A DNA stretch of 61,628 nt, counting the filler, from Globobulimina sp. (taxonomy: Eukaryota), in the NCBI GenBank assembly GCA_003354225.1. It is 10 parts of 10 records of this genome, joined end to end, with 100 filler letters (N's around TTAATTAATTAA, not from the genome) between each part and the next. Parts side by side here need not be neighbours in the genome. Positions count along the whole stretch, not along the records: positions 24,781 to 30,847 come from PIVH01000365.1; positions 30,948 to 37,012 come from PIVH01000366.1; positions 37,113 to 43,175 come from PIVH01000367.1; 7 more parts are not named here. One strand, given 5' to 3'. The translations under genes were made by a program, and so were the position numbers. Below, one piece after another: positions 28,505 to 40,202 of this stretch; position 1 is the first letter of the stretch; each line of letters starts with the position of its first letter. The notes below the pieces were generated by a model, which had not been told where the DNA came from, ran no database searches, and saw only the letters and a program-made list of their open reading frames with translations.

Positions 28505-30847
28505 ATGGTTCTAAATCTGAGTCGCTTTTGGGTATATTTATCATATTTTGTTTTCATGTCTTTCTCAATGTATATGACATCTTATTTGATAGGTGCAAAC
28601 AGATCGAAAGCAATCAGCCCCCATGGAAGCAACAGGAGTTTTTCAAACTGTATCAAAATACTGCGAACAATCGTTTTATGGATTGAATTCATTGTATTTG
28701 TTATGATTTGGTCTCTGTATATAACCAAATCACAAAATGATGTGGTCAATAAACATTTATTCGACCACTCAAACTTTAAAATAACATATTTGAGAGCATA
28801 CTATTTGATTCAAATTATAGTACAAACTACAATGATCATACTGTGTATGGTGTTTTATATTGAATTTGTATTATACACTGACAATGATTGGATAACTGCA
28901 GTAAAACAAGCAAAAGAAGCAGCAATACTAAAATTAGAACATCTGTCTGACTCTACGGATGTGGATGGTTTCCCAGTTCAAAAATACAGCAAACAAAGAG
29001 CTGGTAATTATAAGCAAAAGGCTCAATCCATAATCGACGATTGTAACATTTGTAGCAGATTATGTTCATTTTCATTTTGTTTTAGAAGGATTGGTGTTGG
29101 CATTGCCAATGTTTTCACTCTGACTTGGTCTGAATTGCATGTATTATGTATGCTGTCATGTATTTATTATTTGTTATCAGCAATGTTGAGATTATATCAT
29201 TTCAATCCAATCAAAGAAGAGCATCAATTCCTATTCACAGTAAGTGATATATTGACTGCATTTGGTATAATATTACCTCCGTTGGCGTACAGTTTAAGCT
29301 TACGGTTAAAAATGATTTATGATCGAAAAGGCACTGTCTCTGATATCACACTTGCTGGCTCGCAATGGGAAACACGTAAAAACAGAGAAAGTTATTGGTA
29401 TCAATCACATGCATCATCGCAAATGTTATGTATGATTCACTTGTTTTTTTCTACAAAATATCAGTATTTGTAAATGAAACAGGTCCATTGTCCAGGCATC
29501 AAAATCTATATTGAACGATAAAACGATAAAGCTCTGGATGTTTATTACTTTTTCATTTCAGTTGTTTATATTCGTTATGGATCCTGTTTTTGCGGCGAGC
29601 AAATTCCGATATTATTTGCAATCAATGTATGATATTTGTGATCAGGATTCAACCACTTCGCAATTGCAAGTTGTGTTTATTGTACATGTGTTAATTATGC
29701 GTATTGCTGTTCCATTATTGTTACTAAACACTGTTTTTTCATTCACTCCAAAATCATCTCATTCTGCGCAAATTATGCATTACTGTTATTTTCATCATAT
29801 CATAACGCCATCGTCAATTATCCTGATTACAATGATTGCATTTGTAACAAACTATGTTCTATCATCACATCCTGTGCTCGTGACATGGATTGGCATCATA
29901 GGCAGTGTACTCCTCTCCATATGGCAAATATTTGTGTTTGTGAGTGTGCTGAGTTTGGCTGACCACGCACAGAATGATCAGGAGCAATTTTTTGGATTTG
30001 CGCAACTATCAAAGGCTTCATTATTCAATTACTTTTCGAAAGGGATTGTTTATGTTTTTCTATGGTTTGTATCGTTTGGTGCCTTGTTAGTGGCAAATAG
30101 TATATCAACAGCACAAATTATTAAGGCACATGGACAAATTCCAAGTGTTATATTTGGTACAACGTCAATGTTTTTGCTGGTTCCTCTGCAAAAAATAGCA
30201 ATTTCACCAACATATAGAAAGTTATATTAATATATTTTATCCATCAAATATAAATACTTTTGATTTTATTAAGTTATAAATAGTTATTTTGGAAGGAAGC
30301 AGAGGACAAAATATCTGGTAACTTTCCATGTTATATGTTTACTTTCAGCGCTGTTTATTGTGCAGAAATTTATTTTTGTGACAACATTTTATTATGATAT
30401 TTTGACGAATGTTGATGATATGAAAGATCCGTCATTCGCAACATCATTTTCATTGTCATTTGCTTCCATTGGATTTTTTATATGGCTTTTTGGTAAATAC
30501 TGTGGTATTTTGTACCCGATTGGACCTAAATCATTGAAGGAGAGTGGTTCCATAACGGAAATGTCGGAATTTATTGGAAATAAAAGTAGAAGGAAATCGG
30601 ATGAAAAACGAAAAGATTCGAAAATGTCATTAACTGCTTTACATAATATATATATACATACTCCATCCATAAAATTATATGATTCAAATGAAGAATATGA
30701 TGATTTAACAGCTGATAAGATTGGATATGATAAATCAAAGAAAGTACAAAAAGCGATATCTATTTCACGAGGAAAGTTGAGAAAAATGGGCGAGAATAAA
30801 CGTGAAGATTCGCATTCCATTGTATCTCCGACATATGATGCTGCAGC
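28505..30847 (+). CDS. Polytopic membrane protein, multi-exon, 3'-truncated
   Basis: Three consecutive hydrophobic ORFs separated by short AT-rich GT-AG gaps. Confidence 0.6.
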
Positions 30848-30947
30848 NNNNNNNNNNNNNNNNNNNNNNNNNNNNNNNNNNNNNNNNNNNNTTAATTAAT
30901 TAANNNNNNNNNNNNNNNNNNNNNNNNNNNNNNNNNNNNNNNNNNNN

Positions 30948-33100
30948 ACTTTTTCGTGGATTCTATCGTATAACATTGCAATGGTAAATACCTTTGAAAT
31001 GGAAATAGCAGATTTGTAATCATCACTTAATTTAAATTGAAGCTTTACCTCATCGGCCTCATCCACTGTGGGCATCCGCGTATTTTCAAAACGTGAAAGT
31101 GAAATTGGTGAGACATCATCGTCAAACTCAAACTCATTGGATATAGTCTTGACTTTTCTCGGTGTTTTTGTGTTGATTGATTCCTGATAAATTATATCGT
31201 AGTGTTTGTAAAGCTCTTTAATGACTTTATATGGTTCATTATGTTTGCAATTGCCATCAATATGACCGCCATCATTTAATTGATGCGGTATACATTCCCG
31301 ATCGATATAATATGTATCATCAAACCGCAGTTCTTTGCATAGCATATTTACTAATTCTTTCGCAGTGCATTGATTTTGCATTTTATTTGGATGAAAGGAT
31401 GTATATCGTTTTAATTGTTGATAAATGAATTTCAATGTTTCTTCATTTCGAATTATGTGTTCGATGTAATAGTCGTTGATGGTCGTAATGGATATCTTTG
31501 CTTTGTCCTTTGTTATATCAAATATGACATTGATAATATCCAGCAATGATTGTTTGGTAATTTTAGATTTAAAAAAAGCTTTCATATTCAGTTGGGAGAG
31601 CGAGGGCAGTTCAAATTGCATACTTTCTGCATATTTTTTATTATTCGGTGAGAAATCCGTCTCAGTCCAAACCAAATCATGAACGGTTGATTTCATTTTG
31701 CCATATTGTAGCAATGGAGATGTGTTCTCATCATCAGACTCCAGCTCATTGTCATCGCAAAGTATGTGTTTGGTTGCAGCTCGCGCCAATTTACTCATTT
31801 CTTTTTTTGGATCACAGTGCTTTATTTCTTCAATATTGTCATCAATCAAACCGTCATCATCAACTATATCGTTTGCTCGCTGTCTGAGTATTAATGCAAT
31901 TAATTGCTGTTTATTAATGCGAACAGTACAATGTTTGTGCAATAATTCGTGTTTCACTGTCTGTCGTAAATAATCAATACACATCAAAATATTCCGAATA
32001 TCCCATAAAAATATTTTTTTGCAATCCCTATACTTTCTAGTTTTTGTGCAATTGCAAATGTTAATAAATGCGGTAAATACTGGAATAACTAACATTGCAT
32101 TCAAATCTTGACAGACAAATTGCAACTCTTCGGCTGAAACTAGTAAATCAATGCCCCGCTCATCCATTGTCGTCTTAATATCTCTCAATAAAGTTTTTAT
32201 GGTTTTTTCTTGAACCAACGACTCAATGTCATACAGGTACTTCATGAGTTTATGATACATATTTTTTTCGTTTCTGTAAATGTCAGATTCGTCAATTGAC
32301 CGCAATATAAATTCTCTCTCGAGCTTATTCGTGCAATTCAACAGTTTTACCTCATCCATAATCCCCGCAAATTGTTTCCAATCACATTGCATCAAATGAA
32401 CTGGAATTTGTTTGTATTCATCATCATATGCATCCATATTATATTTGGTTTCTTCTTCCAATTTCTCGTCTTCTTCCATCGCATTCCTGCTTTTCAATAA
32501 TTTGGGTCTATATTTAACCCATCCTTGCTGCAAATCGTTTAATATGAAACCAGTGTCAAAGGGATATTTTATAAATAAATGCAGCGGGATTTTATTGTCA
32601 ATCGTTTTTGTAATATGACTATATATTGTTTCAGCTAATTTCTCTACGTCTTGAATGTTCTGCACTTCCTTAATCCCAACATATTCCTCCAAAAATACGT
32701 ATTCAGTCAATGGGTTATCAGTTGTTATGGTCATCATATGATCATTAATATCCTGCTTCAATTTAACAATATCAATTGCACGGTTTGCTTCATCCAAAAA
32801 CTCCCAAACATCAAATGCTCTCTTTTCATCAAATAAAAAATCCTCTTCGCTCTGTGTTTTTAAGCTTTCATTTAATTGTGAATCATAATAATAACTGCAA
32901 TATGCATTGTCCTTTCTATTTAGGTCAAATAATTTATGCAAACAGCCGTTTTTGCCATGATCTAACCGATTGGCAATACATTGCTTCCAATGCTTAACAT
33001 AAACAACCGGACTGGTTAAGACCACTAACAATCCAAATATAGCAACTAACAGTGGACCAACCAGAACATAAAATATCCATAGCGATAACACCTCAGACAC
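30948..33100 (-). CDS. Hypothetical protein with N-terminal TM segment; possibly the downstream exon of the TRP gene
   Basis: More than 700 open codons to the contig edge; no ATG start, acceptor-like sequence upstream. Confidence 0.6.
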
Positions 33101-33208
33101 TAACTGATATCTCTGCTCTTCTAATCTTACTCTAAAACAATTATTGCATATCTAACAAATATAAAAGACATTAATAAAATACTTATATTATATGGAGAAG
33201 AAAGTAGG

Positions 33209-36200
33209 CTAAACTTTTGGATTTAAGGCACGTACTACATCCAATTCGACATTATTTAACTTCAAAACCTCTCCCAACCACATTAGAGACACTCTCGATT
33301 CCTTAACATAGGATCGGCAGAAGCTACATATCCAATATGGCGATGTTGCAGACTCGTTTCTGGCATAAAAACTGCAGGTCATTAATCTCCACCATCTAGA
33401 ATTCATAGATCGATGTGCTTTATTCACCCATATTTGATCTACCTTCTTTGCAAATTGTCCGAGATCGATCAAATTGTCATTGTTTACTGCAAGATCTAAT
33501 AAATCAAGCTGCCATTTTTCTTGTTTCAATACATGTGGTTCAATGGTTACAGCGCGGGGAAACTCGACTGTATGTTTCATTTTTTGTGCATCATATGATG
33601 TGATTCTACACTTAGTTGGGCCTTCATTTGTTTTCATCATCCACGGCCATTCATCTTTGTCTTGTTGGCCAACGGATACAATCTGATCATCCAACCTATT
33701 GACAATAAATAAAAAACAAAAAACATTAAAATAACAAACAGATCTAAATGTACGTACATACCCTAATTTTCTTAGTCGCAGAACATTTGGCATGATTCGC
33801 AATGATAAGTCAAAGATTTGAAATTCAGTCTTTCTTTTTCTTCTACACAAATGCCACAATAATCTCATCCAATTAATGACTAATTCGACGGTTTTAAATA
33901 AAACATGCAATGCCATGGCTAATATATTTAATGGAGGCTGCCGTACACAAATAACAATATTGTAAATAGGGGAACATATGACATGAATATGTAACTTAAC
34001 TGGCATTGTTGCTGTAGATGTGCTGTAATTTAATGCTAACTCGAATTTTGAAAATATGACAGTTGATGTTGTATCGTCGTGGACGATATCAAACGTTTTC
34101 TGTTTAATATCGTTTGTAAATATGTACAGAATTAATACTTAAATATATATACTTAACAGCCATCCTGTGTACGTATGTGAGTGTGAAATGTAACATAAAA
34201 CATAATAAATTCAATATAGAATATAGATATACTTAACATAGCAATCAAAATGTTCAAAAGTACTAATGCTGCGACAATTAGATATATGATACAGAATATA
34301 TGCGCTGCCGCTAAGACTCCCGCATTGCTCTCTGTAACAGGAACAAAGCCATCAAATGAAAAGTCGCCTAACAAACCACTGAATAATGTTATAAATGATG
34401 AGGGGAAATCATCGAAACCTTCATGGATTCCGTCCATTAAAAACATTAATGCTATGCATACATAATACACATTCAATGTACTGTATACAAATAAAATCAA
34501 CAAAATTAAAACTTAACAGATCACAAATCCAGCAAATATACACATCATAATAATAAAAAATGTCAACTATTTATATATATATATATATTATGTAGTTACA
34601 AATTAAATCTGTGGGTCAATAAAAAATAGGCAAACATATGACATACAATATCATCTCCCATATTGAAAATAATCTGAACCATAGGACCTAAGGTTCTGCT
34701 CAACACACAAAATAACAACAATCGGACATACAACAGCACGCAGACAAATGACCAAAGTATTTCAAACAGTATGCTTTCGAAAGAGTACACCCAACATTCT
34801 TGTTCAGCGTCTGGCTGAGTCTCACAATGTGGACCATCAATATATGTATGTCCCCTCACATAAATACCGATTATAAATACCAACGATATGATGGTATCGA
34901 AATCTATATATTATACAGTTGAAGTTTATTATACATAGTGGCATATATATTACATACAATTTGATGTTTTACTGTAATATTTTTCGACCCCTTCCGCATA
35001 AAATTGAATAATTTCGTACACCACATATCCCATATTGAACACCCAAAATAAAATCTCAGGCGGTGTCATGGGATCATACAACATAAACTCTGAAAATGAT
35101 AACCTTGTAAAGAGGCCCAAATAAATGATATACAAAAAAACAGTGGTAATAAAAGTGCCCAATGGAGTAAAATAAAACGAATCATATGAATGCCACAATT
35201 TGGACCAAATTAAATCAACGGATAAAGGGTTAATTTCAAAGGAAAATTCCTTATTTTCAGGCGTCAAAAACTCAAAATCATTCATCATCGAAGTGGTTAT
35301 TCTCTCCACAGTATCATTGCAGACAAATGATGTTAATTCGTATTGGATGCACATATCCAAAGCACTCAAACCATTTATATCTGATTTAACGTCCAATAAA
35401 ATTGTTGCCAAATGGTCAGATTCGATGATACTTAAATAATTAAACGCAGCTTGAATGTAAGTTTGCTGTACTTCCAAGAATAAGTTTGCTGAACAAATAT
35501 ATATAAATTAAATGTCTGTATACATTGATAAAAACAGTGAGTGAGTAACAAACCTCTGGCAACATCCAATCCAGCTCTATCTTTGAACCATTTTGAGATG
35601 CGTAAAGCAGTGGGAATTGGATATTTTGAGCCAATGCATATTTTTTCAGTCACTTTATTTAGTTCTTTTGCCTCAAATCGGGTCAAATCCATTTGATATT
35701 TTTGCAATAAACGAATAGATATTTTATGCGGTGTAATCAGAGCAACTCTGGCAAATATTAGCCATAACGCTTTGGATGGATAAGATTTGAGTGATGTTAT
35801 TATTAAATACCACCAAATCAAACAATCATTATAAACATCAAAGTTACAGAATAATTCATATAAATCTTTTTTTTTATATCGGTCCATATTCTGATAGTAT
35901 TCCAGGTATATTTGAGCCAAAGGCATTGATAAACTTAGTTCCAATGCAATAGTCTCACTCGTTGGTGTTTGATTATTTATTTCTTCATAATGTTTGATCC
36001 AAATAATTTTATCCCATTTATCTTGAAATTCTTTTATTCTTCGTTTCATTTCATTCACTTGAAATAATTGTGTTTCTTGAGGTTTTGGCCACGCGTTTTC
36101 TAATATGTGTAATTTGGAGATTTCCCTTTTTTTGTGTGTGTTTTTGTTGCATTTTATATGCATATGTAACAGTATACAATATCAGAGGAACAAACCGAAA

Positions 36201-36470
36201 TAATTTTTCGTTGTCAGGATATTCATATTCGTTAAACACATCGGGATTTAACTGCAACAACGCTTGGCCGCTATTGATTTGTGGCAACGAATGAAGCCGT
36301 TTCTTTTTCAACCACGATCGAACTGTATTTTTATCCCATTTGCTTGGATGAGCATTGATGTGTGTATTGTTGTTATATTTTTTTTCATCACATGGTTGAG
36401 ATGGTGATGTTTTCAAATGTAATAATTCCTGTCCTTTAAGCTTTGCGTATTTTTTTGATTTGCGTGACAT
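33209..36470 (-). CDS. TRP-family (TRPM/TRPC-like) cation channel with N-terminal SAM-like domain, multi-exon
   Basis: S4-S5 linker SRTLGPMVQIIFNMGDDI, pore TLFSGLLGDF, S6 VLLNILIAM; SAM-like PSKWDKNTVRSWL...SGQALLQL. Confidence 0.8.
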
Positions 36471-36831
36471 GATGTAAGTAAGTAACACTTTCGTTTTTTT
36501 TTAAGGTGTTTAAGCTTTTAAGCATGTAATTGTAATTCCAAACAGTTAGATCCGCAATCCGCATATTGTAGAAACTCTTAAATCAGAATCAAATATAAAA
36601 TAAAGGCCCTTGATCCTGAAAGTGAAGTATTACAACAATAAAACAAGGAACAATACAAAGCAAAAATACAATAATGCTAAAAACGTTTAAATAATTTAAT
36701 GTCAATAATACAATAAGACAAAAGCAAAAAAGAAAAATGCATAAAATTAAAAACAAAATAAGTAAATCACTATAAAAACGTTGCGTGAGTAAATATCAAT
36801 TTGTATTGTTTCCCGTATTTATCATTTAATA

Positions 36832-36989
36832 TTTAATATGGATACCCATTGTAACCACCGTATCCTCCATAACCACTCCATCCGCCTCTTCCCCGATACC
36901 CACCATAACCGCCACCCCATCCTCCTCGGCCACGATATCCGCCGTATCCTCTGCCCCGACCCCGTCCTCTTCCTCTTCCGCGTCCTCTC
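36832..36989 (-). CDS. Last exon of an RGG/GY-rich RNA-binding protein
   Basis: Minus strand reads RGRGRGRGRGRGRGYGGYRGRGGWGGYGG...YPY-stop after an AG acceptor. Confidence 0.65.
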
Positions 36990-37469
36990 TGTATACACAA
37001 CAGATATATGAANNNNNNNNNNNNNNNNNNNNNNNNNNNNNNNNNNNNNNNNNNNNTTAATTAATTAANNNNNNNNNNNNNNNNNNNNNNNNNNNNNNNN
37101 NNNNNNNNNNNNTATTTTTTTATTTAATGATAGGTGGTATGGGATTGCCTCTCGTTTGTTTTGTTATGGATGCTCTCTACGACTTTTTCCACCATTCGTA
37201 TTTACCTTTAACTTATGATTTATTTAATGTTTTTTGTGTAGAGACATTTCGATTCGATTCGTATTTTTTTAATTTTGTTTTCATATGTTCGGATTCTTTG
37301 ATTTTTTGTTTTTCATGTTGGCTCCCGCAAAACCATTAAATTCATCAAGTTTCTTTGATTTATATTTCTTAACAAGTTTATATTTCTATAACCACGGTTC
37401 TCACGGCTTAATATTTGAGTCAAAGGCTTAATATTTGAGTACATTTTCAAGTAGAAAAGTATAATTTCA

Positions 37470-40130
37470 ATGTCAATCTCCAATTTATTTGTGTTGAATA
37501 ATTATTCTACAAATATTCAACCTGACTATAATCAATGTGGTGACAACAAATCGATAGAGACTTGTAACCATTTATGCTCATTAATTGATGTTATGAATAA
37601 ATACATGCTCGACAATAAAAATATAAATAATAATATCAAGATACTGGACATATTAAATGATTATTTACATTTAATCGATAAACATAATGATGATCAGCAA
37701 TTTGAACAAATTGTCAATAAATTTCAATATCGCGATATTAACAAATGTGAACCATTCAGAAGAAATAATCGAAACAGAAACATATCAATAGACAATAAAC
37801 AAAAAAAGAAAGACAATAATGTTTCGGTCCAGATATTAGATAAAATACATTGTTATTTATGTCATTCTTATGATGTAGGAAATCGATTATCCGTCAAAGA
37901 CAAAAGTATAATTTTAAAGGATGAGGACAGTAAAATTGATGGTAATAATCCTCACAATTTAATCAATCAACAAATATTAAAAATTAATAAAATATTATTT
38001 GAAAAAAGAAAAAAATACAATGTCGACAAAAGAATAAATACCAAATTCACTCAATTATTTCAACCAAACAAAGAGGAACAAAAAAATCAGCAAAATGATG
38101 CTCATCAACAATGTCAATCTAATAAAATCTTTGAATTTGGATATAAATTCGAATACGATGAAAATGCCCCATATATGGGAGGCGATGACATTATTCAAAT
38201 TGTTGCAAAATATTCAAATTTAAAGGAAGAAATAACGACAAACAAATTGAGTGTATTAACTATTGAACAATATAACAGTGAATATGGTAAAGCACAAATC
38301 CATTTTAATTCTGCGTATAATAAAACAAAATTTCTTGATGAATATAAGGATAAATGTGTCCCTTTGCAGTTGCAATATATATTATCATTAATGATTTATT
38401 GTAATTATGATGGATTGCAACATGAATTCAGCAAAACCTACAGAGAAGACAACGGTAGGCAGCATAATAACTTTTATTTTTTAGCAAAATATCTAAAAAT
38501 ATCCATCCATCAGTTCGGTGGTGATGAGGATATCCATTCATTTTATCATGGAATTTCTCAACAATTAGTATTTCGATCATATATTGGCGAGCATACTCCC
38601 GGTGTCATAATTAATGGGCCTTTATCTACGTCCTCATCCTTTGCAGTTGCAGCTAATTTTGCGAGTTTAAGCGGATTGATTGTAAACTTTGGGCCTAACA
38701 CTTTTAGTAATTATTTTTCAGTTTCGTGGTTATCTGATTATGCCAATGAATCTGAATATTTATTTATTCAGATTTTCTCCAGTTTGCTAATTAATGATAT
38801 TGTTGACACACACACTGCTTTTGAATATGGTCCGATTTTACAACTTTTAGCTAAATTTAATGATATTTGTGATAATATTTGTGATATTGATGAGTCAGAA
38901 CAAAGGTTACTGAGTGCTATAATATGCAATCAATTATCATATAAATTACCAAAATATAAAGCATTTAATTCATTGAGTGAGTATGGCAAGAAATTATGTA
39001 ATGTATACTGCGAAAATAAAAAAGAAATCCATATGAGTGTTTTAAATTTGTATAACTCAAATCAGAAATTTGTGTTCAAATTGCTTTTTCATTCAAATTG
39101 TGAATGGATTGATTTGGTTTTAATCACTGCATTGTTTCCAAATATGAAAAAGATTACAATGTGTGATGTATATTTATGTGCAACAATATTTGGTCATATT
39201 TTATCGTATTTAAAGCAGAAACAAATTGGATCCAATTCCAAATTAAAAGAAGTGCTGATTTTTGCCAAAGAACAAGACATCACACATTTTTTAGTTGAAT
39301 ATACTGAAATACTAAAAAAACATAATGCGTTTTTATTTAAGCTTAATTCATCATCGACATGTATTTATATTCAAATATGCAGTGATGTTGAATTCATAAT
39401 AAAGTTGATTGAACATATTAATTACGGCATTTGTTTTAAAGACATAAACCAGGAAATAACCAATTTAATGGACAAGTTAATTAATATGCAATTATCAGAC
39501 ACTAATAACATTTCAGATGCTTATGACTATGATCAGCATTTATTTAATGATTACTGCTCTAAAAAAACAAGTATAGATTTTAATTGGAAACAATTGAGTT
39601 GCAATGCAGACACATATTTATTTAAATTATTTTGTCATTCAAAATATGAATGGATACAAATTGGAACAATAAATCAATTATTTGGAAATCTTCAAGTGTT
39701 GAGAGTTAGGGGGATAAATTTAGATCCATTGGCAATGGAGAATATTTTGAATCATTTGAGTGAAACAGAAACAAAATTAAAACATATTGAAATCAATGCT
39801 TCTTCTGACAGTAATTTAAGAGTCTCAATTGCTGCTACAAAATATAAAGATAAATTAGAGGTTTTTAAATATAAATTGTATGATGGAGATGCTGATTATG
39901 CAGCAGATGAAGATTATGGAGATACAGACGATGAAAATGAAGAGATATTTACAGACGATGAAAATAATGAAATTTGCCAAGAGAATGATGATAATATATT
40001 GGATACAGATTTATGTGATGAATATATAGATAACGTCACAGTCACAGAGGAGGAATATAATTCATTGTATATTCAACAAGTGAGTTGTTCTCATTGTAAT
40101 CCTAATAATAGATGTTTGTGTTTCGGTTAA
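37470..40130 (+). CDS. Large protein with an ADP-ribosyltransferase-like domain and two tandem C-terminal repeat domains
   Basis: FYHG...LSTSSSFAVA..F...NESEYLF; duplicated EWI...LFxNL module. Confidence 0.65.
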   Translation: MSISNLFVLNNYSTNIQPDYNQCGDNKSIETCNHLCSLIDVMNKYMLDNKNINNNIKILDILNDYLHLIDKHNDDQQFEQIVNKFQYRDINKCEPFRRNNRNRNISIDNKQKKKDNNVSVQILDKIHCYLCHSYDVGNRLSVKDKSIILKDEDSKIDGNNPHNLINQQILKINKILFEKRKKYNVDKRINTKFTQLFQPNKEEQKNQQNDAHQQCQSNKIFEFGYKFEYDENAPYMGGDDIIQIVAKYSNLKEEITTNKLSVLTIEQYNSEYGKAQIHFNSAYNKTKFLDEYKDKCVPLQLQYILSLMIYCNYDGLQHEFSKTYREDNGRQHNNFYFLAKYLKISIHQFGGDEDIHSFYHGISQQLVFRSYIGEHTPGVIINGPLSTSSSFAVAANFASLSGLIVNFGPNTFSNYFSVSWLSDYANESEYLFIQIFSSLLINDIVDTHTAFEYGPILQLLAKFNDICDNICDIDESEQRLLSAIICNQLSYKLPKYKAFNSLSEYGKKLCNVYCENKKEIHMSVLNLYNSNQKFVFKLLFHSNCEWIDLVLITALFPNMKKITMCDVYLCATIFGHILSYLKQKQIGSNSKLKEVLIFAKEQDITHFLVEYTEILKKHNAFLFKLNSSSTCIYIQICSDVEFIIKLIEHINYGICFKDINQEITNLMDKLINMQLSDTNNISDAYDYDQHLFNDYCSKKTSIDFNWKQLSCNADTYLFKLFCHSKYEWIQIGTINQLFGNLQVLRVRGINLDPLAMENILNHLSETETKLKHIEINASSDSNLRVSIAATKYKDKLEVFKYKLYDGDADYAADEDYGDTDDENEEIFTDDENNEICQENDDNILDTDLCDEYIDNVTVTEEEYNSLYIQQVSCSHCNPNNRCLCFG

Positions 40131-40202
40131 AAGATCTGATTCTTAGTTCGAAGATAGATGACAAAATAGAAAAAAAACAGTGACTGTACTAACCAACAAC
40201 TG

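Noticed and set aside
37405-37440. Tandem GGCTTAATATTTGAGT duplication upstream of the ART-like gene
   Set aside because: Two 16-bp copies only; cannot be distinguished from a simple slippage duplication.
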